Below are positions 60,241 to 64,000 of a DNA stretch of 64,000 nt, in pieces. Source of the DNA: Octopus sinensis (lineage: Eukaryota); assembly GCF_006345805.1 (NCBI RefSeq), contig NW_021832381.1:62001-126000 (forward strand), given 5' to 3'. Position numbers and translations under genes: made by a program. Under the pieces are notes generated by a model. That model ran no database searches, had not been told where the DNA came from, and saw only the letters and a program-made list of their open reading frames with translations. Numbering within the stretch: the first letter of the stretch is position 1; every line of letters starts with the position of its first letter.

Positions 60241-60850
60241 AATTGCATAATATATACCGCAATTCATTACATAATATCAAGTACTCCCATATCCGAACAT
60301 TTAGAAACCTCCCCAAAATGCATAATATATACCGCAATTCATTACATAATCTTAAGTACTCCCATATCCTAACATCTATAGACCTTTCCAAATTTCATAA
60401 TATATTAGGCTAATTCATTAAATAATCTCAAGTACTACCATATCCTGACATCTAGAGACCTGTCCAAATTGCATAATATATTACTGAATTCATTTCATAA
60501 TCTCAAGTACACTATATCAAAATAGTTATAAACCTCCCCAAATTGCATAATATTTTAGGCAATTAATTAAATAATCTCTAGTACCCCGAAATCCTGACTT
60601 CTAGAGACCTGTCCAAATTGCATAATATATTACTCAATTAATTTCATAATCTCGAGTACACCATATCCAAAAATTTAAAAATTTTCCCAAATTGCATAGT
60701 ATTTTAGGAAATTAATTAAATAATCTCTAGTACACCGATATCCTGACATCTAGGAACCTCCCAAAATTGCATAACATATTACTCAATTCATTTCATAATC
60801 TCAAGTACACCATATCAAAAAATTTATAAACCTCCCCAAATTGCATAATA
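60241..60850 (+). repeat. 75-bp tandem repeat (8 units) with about 150-bp dimeric higher-order structure
   Basis: AATTGCATAA-like anchors at 60241, 60316, 60391, 60467, 60541, 60616, 60690, 60765 and 60839; the later units alternate between two types. Confidence 0.9.
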
Positions 60851-60859
60851 TAGGTAACC

Positions 60860-63800
60860 CGAACCTATTCAGGTAACCCGTGAGGACGGCTGGCGTACCG
60901 TGGGGAAACCCAAACGTGTCGCTTGTCGTCCAATTTCTAACAACTTAGGTTCTAGCAATTCGTCTTCGGAGATGGATCCGCCTCCGAAGAAGACCGCTCG
61001 CGCCGGGGGTAGAATTACTTTCGGCGTGGTAGCACGACTAGAGGTCTTTCCCACTTGTGGAAAGGCCTCAGTCGTTAAAATCTTAGGGATTTTGGACTCG
61101 ATACAGCCGTCTAAGCGGTATCGAGTCCTGAAGAGGGAGCCCACCCAATTCCTGCTTGGGTGGGAGAAGTCTGAGGACTTTTCCAGTTTCGAAAGGGAGC
61201 TGGAAAAGTCCATCCCGTTCGGGCCTGGCATGCATCGGCTTGTCAGGTTCGAACGCAAGGTAGGGCAGGTAAGAGTCCTCCTCCTTGGGGTCCCCGGGAC
61301 TTCGAGGATAACGACCTTTTAGAACACCTGCAGCTGGAGTACCCCAGTGCCTCTGCCATTGCACGCTTCAAGCAAGGTTACCGGCCTCTTGAAGTGGTGG
61401 AGGTCACGCTGGGATCTCCTGCTGAAGCCGAGCGCCTCATACTGCTGGGTACGAGGGTTGGCTACGTCAGGCTTCGTGCTGTCCGGACCCGCCCGAAAGC
61501 CACCCAATGCTTTCGGTGTCAGGGTTTCGGGCACATAAGCACAGGGTTTCAGGACACGAGGTGTCCTGAGAAGGCGAAGTGCCTGAACCTGCGGTGGGGA
61601 GCATGGTCGCAAGGCATGCCCCTCGCCACCTACGAAGAGGTACTGTGTCAACTGTGGTAAGTTAGGACACAGTGCCAACTTCAAAGGTTGCCCCAAGTTC
61701 AAGGAGGCAACCCGAAAGGTAGGTGCGGGTGTAATCTCGAAGGTAAGTCGCGCGGCTAGCGTCGCAGCCCCTGGGGCACAACAACCTGGTGTAGCAAATA
61801 TGCTACATTGCAACATGGCTGAGGCCAAGAAGATCCTTGGCAAGGAACCGATATGATGCTCAACATTATATCGATGAACGCGCGCTCCTTGTCCGGTAAA
61901 GGAGACGCCGTTCAGAGGATGTTGGCCACCACGAGTGCGGACATTCTGGTGGTCAACGAAACGAAGGTAAAGGGGGGTCCGTACGTAGTTGATGGCTACA
62001 ACTGTTGTCACATACCTTGGAAACAGGGGTCAATATGTGGCACGGGAACTAGCCTCTTCTACAAGCCGTACCTCGCCTTGCAAAGTTCAGGTATATGTTC
62101 TTGTAGCCTATGCGAATTCCTTCAAGTAAGGATTCGTATAGGTAACTTTACATTTTACCTAGAGGCGATGTATTCGAAAAACTTTACGGCGTGTTCCTGG
62201 CACGTACGGGAGTTCTTTGGAAAGCATCCGAAGGCGATGGTTGTTGGAGACCTGAATGCCAAGCACATAGAGCTTGGTTACAGGGTAACCAATGCGCATG
62301 GTTTGGCTCTGAAAACTCTGGTTGAAGACCTCGGGCTGGAAATCCGGACTTCAAGTGAGCCAAACCACATCGATTCGCGAGGCGGACGAGACTGGCTAGG
62401 GCTTGCTCTGGTCAGTCCTGGAATGCTAAATTGGGTTAGTAAAACAATTTTATTGCCCAATATTGGAAGCGACCATCTGCCTCTATTGCACGAACTCCGC
62501 GAACCAGTCCCTCAAAGGGTTCCGGGATACTTCAACCTCCGGTCGGGTTCTTGGGCCAACCTGGAGAGGTTCATGGCCAGCAGGTTGCCCTCACTTCTGG
62601 TGGGGAATACCTGTGCCAATATACGTGAGTTGGAGGCGTTAGATAATGGAATCAATGCTGCCCTGACTGATTATATGCGAGATAATTTCAAACAGAACTC
62701 AGTGCAGGGTCAGTCACATTCCACGCTCCCATACCGGGTCTTAAATAAAATTAAGTTTAAGCGCCGGCTATCCAGACTACGGGACGAATGCGTTTACGAG
62801 GAAAACCGTGTTTGGTTTCGAGGCTGGATTAGCCGGCTTCAGAGGGAGATCAGAAGAGAAATCCGCGAACTCGAAAGTTCACGGTGGGAGCGAGCCTGCA
62901 GACGCGTAGACGCCCGCTTCCCGGACTTCTGGAAACAGTTGAAGAGCTTGTCGGGGAGAGGGGTAGCAAATTCAGTGCGCCTTAAACGCTCTGATGAAAC
63001 CCTTGTTTCGGACCCGGTTGAGGTGGCTGAAATATTTTCGACCCACCTCGATAACATCTCTGGAACTGAAGGAAGCCAGTTCGTGGAGACATCGTCCTTT
63101 GATACTGTCCAGCAGATGTTGTCGTGGGACAAGCGCTGCCAGCTGGGCATATCAAGGAACGATGCAAGCGACATTTCCGAAGCGGAGATTCTGGCAGCGA
63201 TCTCCCGAAGTAAGAACACTGCGGCGGGTCTGGACCGGATCCCTATGGCTATCTTTAAGAAGGCCCTGCCGTTGTTGATCACGGCTTTACAGGTCTTGTT
63301 TAGCGGGAGCTTGCGACTTGGGATGATCCCCTCTAGATGGAAAGTGGCTGAGGTAATCCTTATCGGAAAACCCAGGATGCCTCATGATGTCCCTGGGGGA
63401 TAAAGACTTATTTCCTTGCTTCCCGCTGTATCTAAAATTTTAGAAAGGATCATGCAACGAAGGCTCCTGGAGGAGCTGACGATGGTTGATGCCCTTCCTG
63501 AGTTCCAATGGGGCTTCAGGGAGGGTCGTTCGTGTGGAGACTGCTTATGGAAGGTGTCTTCTGAGATGAAGTGCGCCCTCCAGAAGAAGGAATGTGGTAT
63601 GCTAGTTAGTCTTGACATTGAAAAGGCCTTCGACTCGGTGTGGCACGACGGCCTCTGGAACTCCCTCACCACGTGTGGGGTTTCTCCGTGTCTAAGACGC
63701 TGGCTATCGGGGTTCCTTGAATCTCGCGGACAGGTCGTGCGGCATCAGGGGGTCTTTTCTAAAGTCAGAACAGTCCTTCGCGGGGTCCCTCAGGGCTCTG

Positions 63801-64000
63801 TGCTGAGTCCCACGCTTTTTAATGTCTTTATGGCATCTGCGCCCATGCCAGTCAATGCTCGTACTGAAATGGTAATTTATGCAGACGACATCATCCTCTG
63901 GGATCACTCGATGAAACCTGAGTGTGCGTGTCGTAGGCTACAGGTTGCTGTGGATGGACTTGTAAACTGGTGTGGGAGTAGGGGTCTAAAGATGCGTGCG
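60860..64000 (+). mobile_element. APE-type LINE related to the array family (ORF1 frameshifted; ORF2 61853 to window end)
   Basis: ORF1 CFRCQGFGH and CVNCGKLGH; ORF2 NARSL, VNETK, GDLNAKH, SDHLP, one in-frame TAA at about 63401, then DIEKAFDSVWH, GVPQGS and YADD. Confidence 0.9.

Noticed and set aside
61319-62011. 230-aa minus-strand ORF
   Set aside because: Antisense to the GC-rich LINE ORF1/ORF2 junction, with no independent motifs.

Overview
AT-rich eukaryotic nuclear DNA, not prokaryotic, in the standard genetic code. It is intron-dense, with tiny spliceosomal introns (mostly 22-35 nt). The gene set looks metazoan and compacted; a streamlined parasite such as a dicyemid or myxozoan is an inference only. 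Ten host genes could be reconstructed across their introns: SDHA, a UBE2D-type E2, FDXR, a minimal USP, a CCDC33-like gene, TBC1D8/9, BCAP31, TRAPPC9, a divergent SLC1 transporter and a divergent GOT1-like aminotransferase. They sit among many transposons: APE-type LINEs, RTE, CRE and R4-like elements, a tRNA-derived SINE, hAT, pogo/Tigger, MITEs, two sister non-autonomous Helitrons and an intron-bearing integrase relic. The standout is a 12-kb head-to-tail array (37417-49454) of four divergent non-LTR retrotransposons, one of them gag-only. All four end in TTCAA and abut the same target, CGGTATTT(GT). Removing the array rebuilds the terminal inverted repeat of a TA-flanked MITE, which suggests a site-specific LINE family that targets a DNA-transposon end and grows polar arrays. 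Other notable points are a GT-TG intron that looks obligatory in BCAP31, several GC-AG introns, loss of the NMDGT motif in the SLC1 protein and loss of Arg292 in the aminotransferase. All homology calls come from remembered motifs; no database searches were run.
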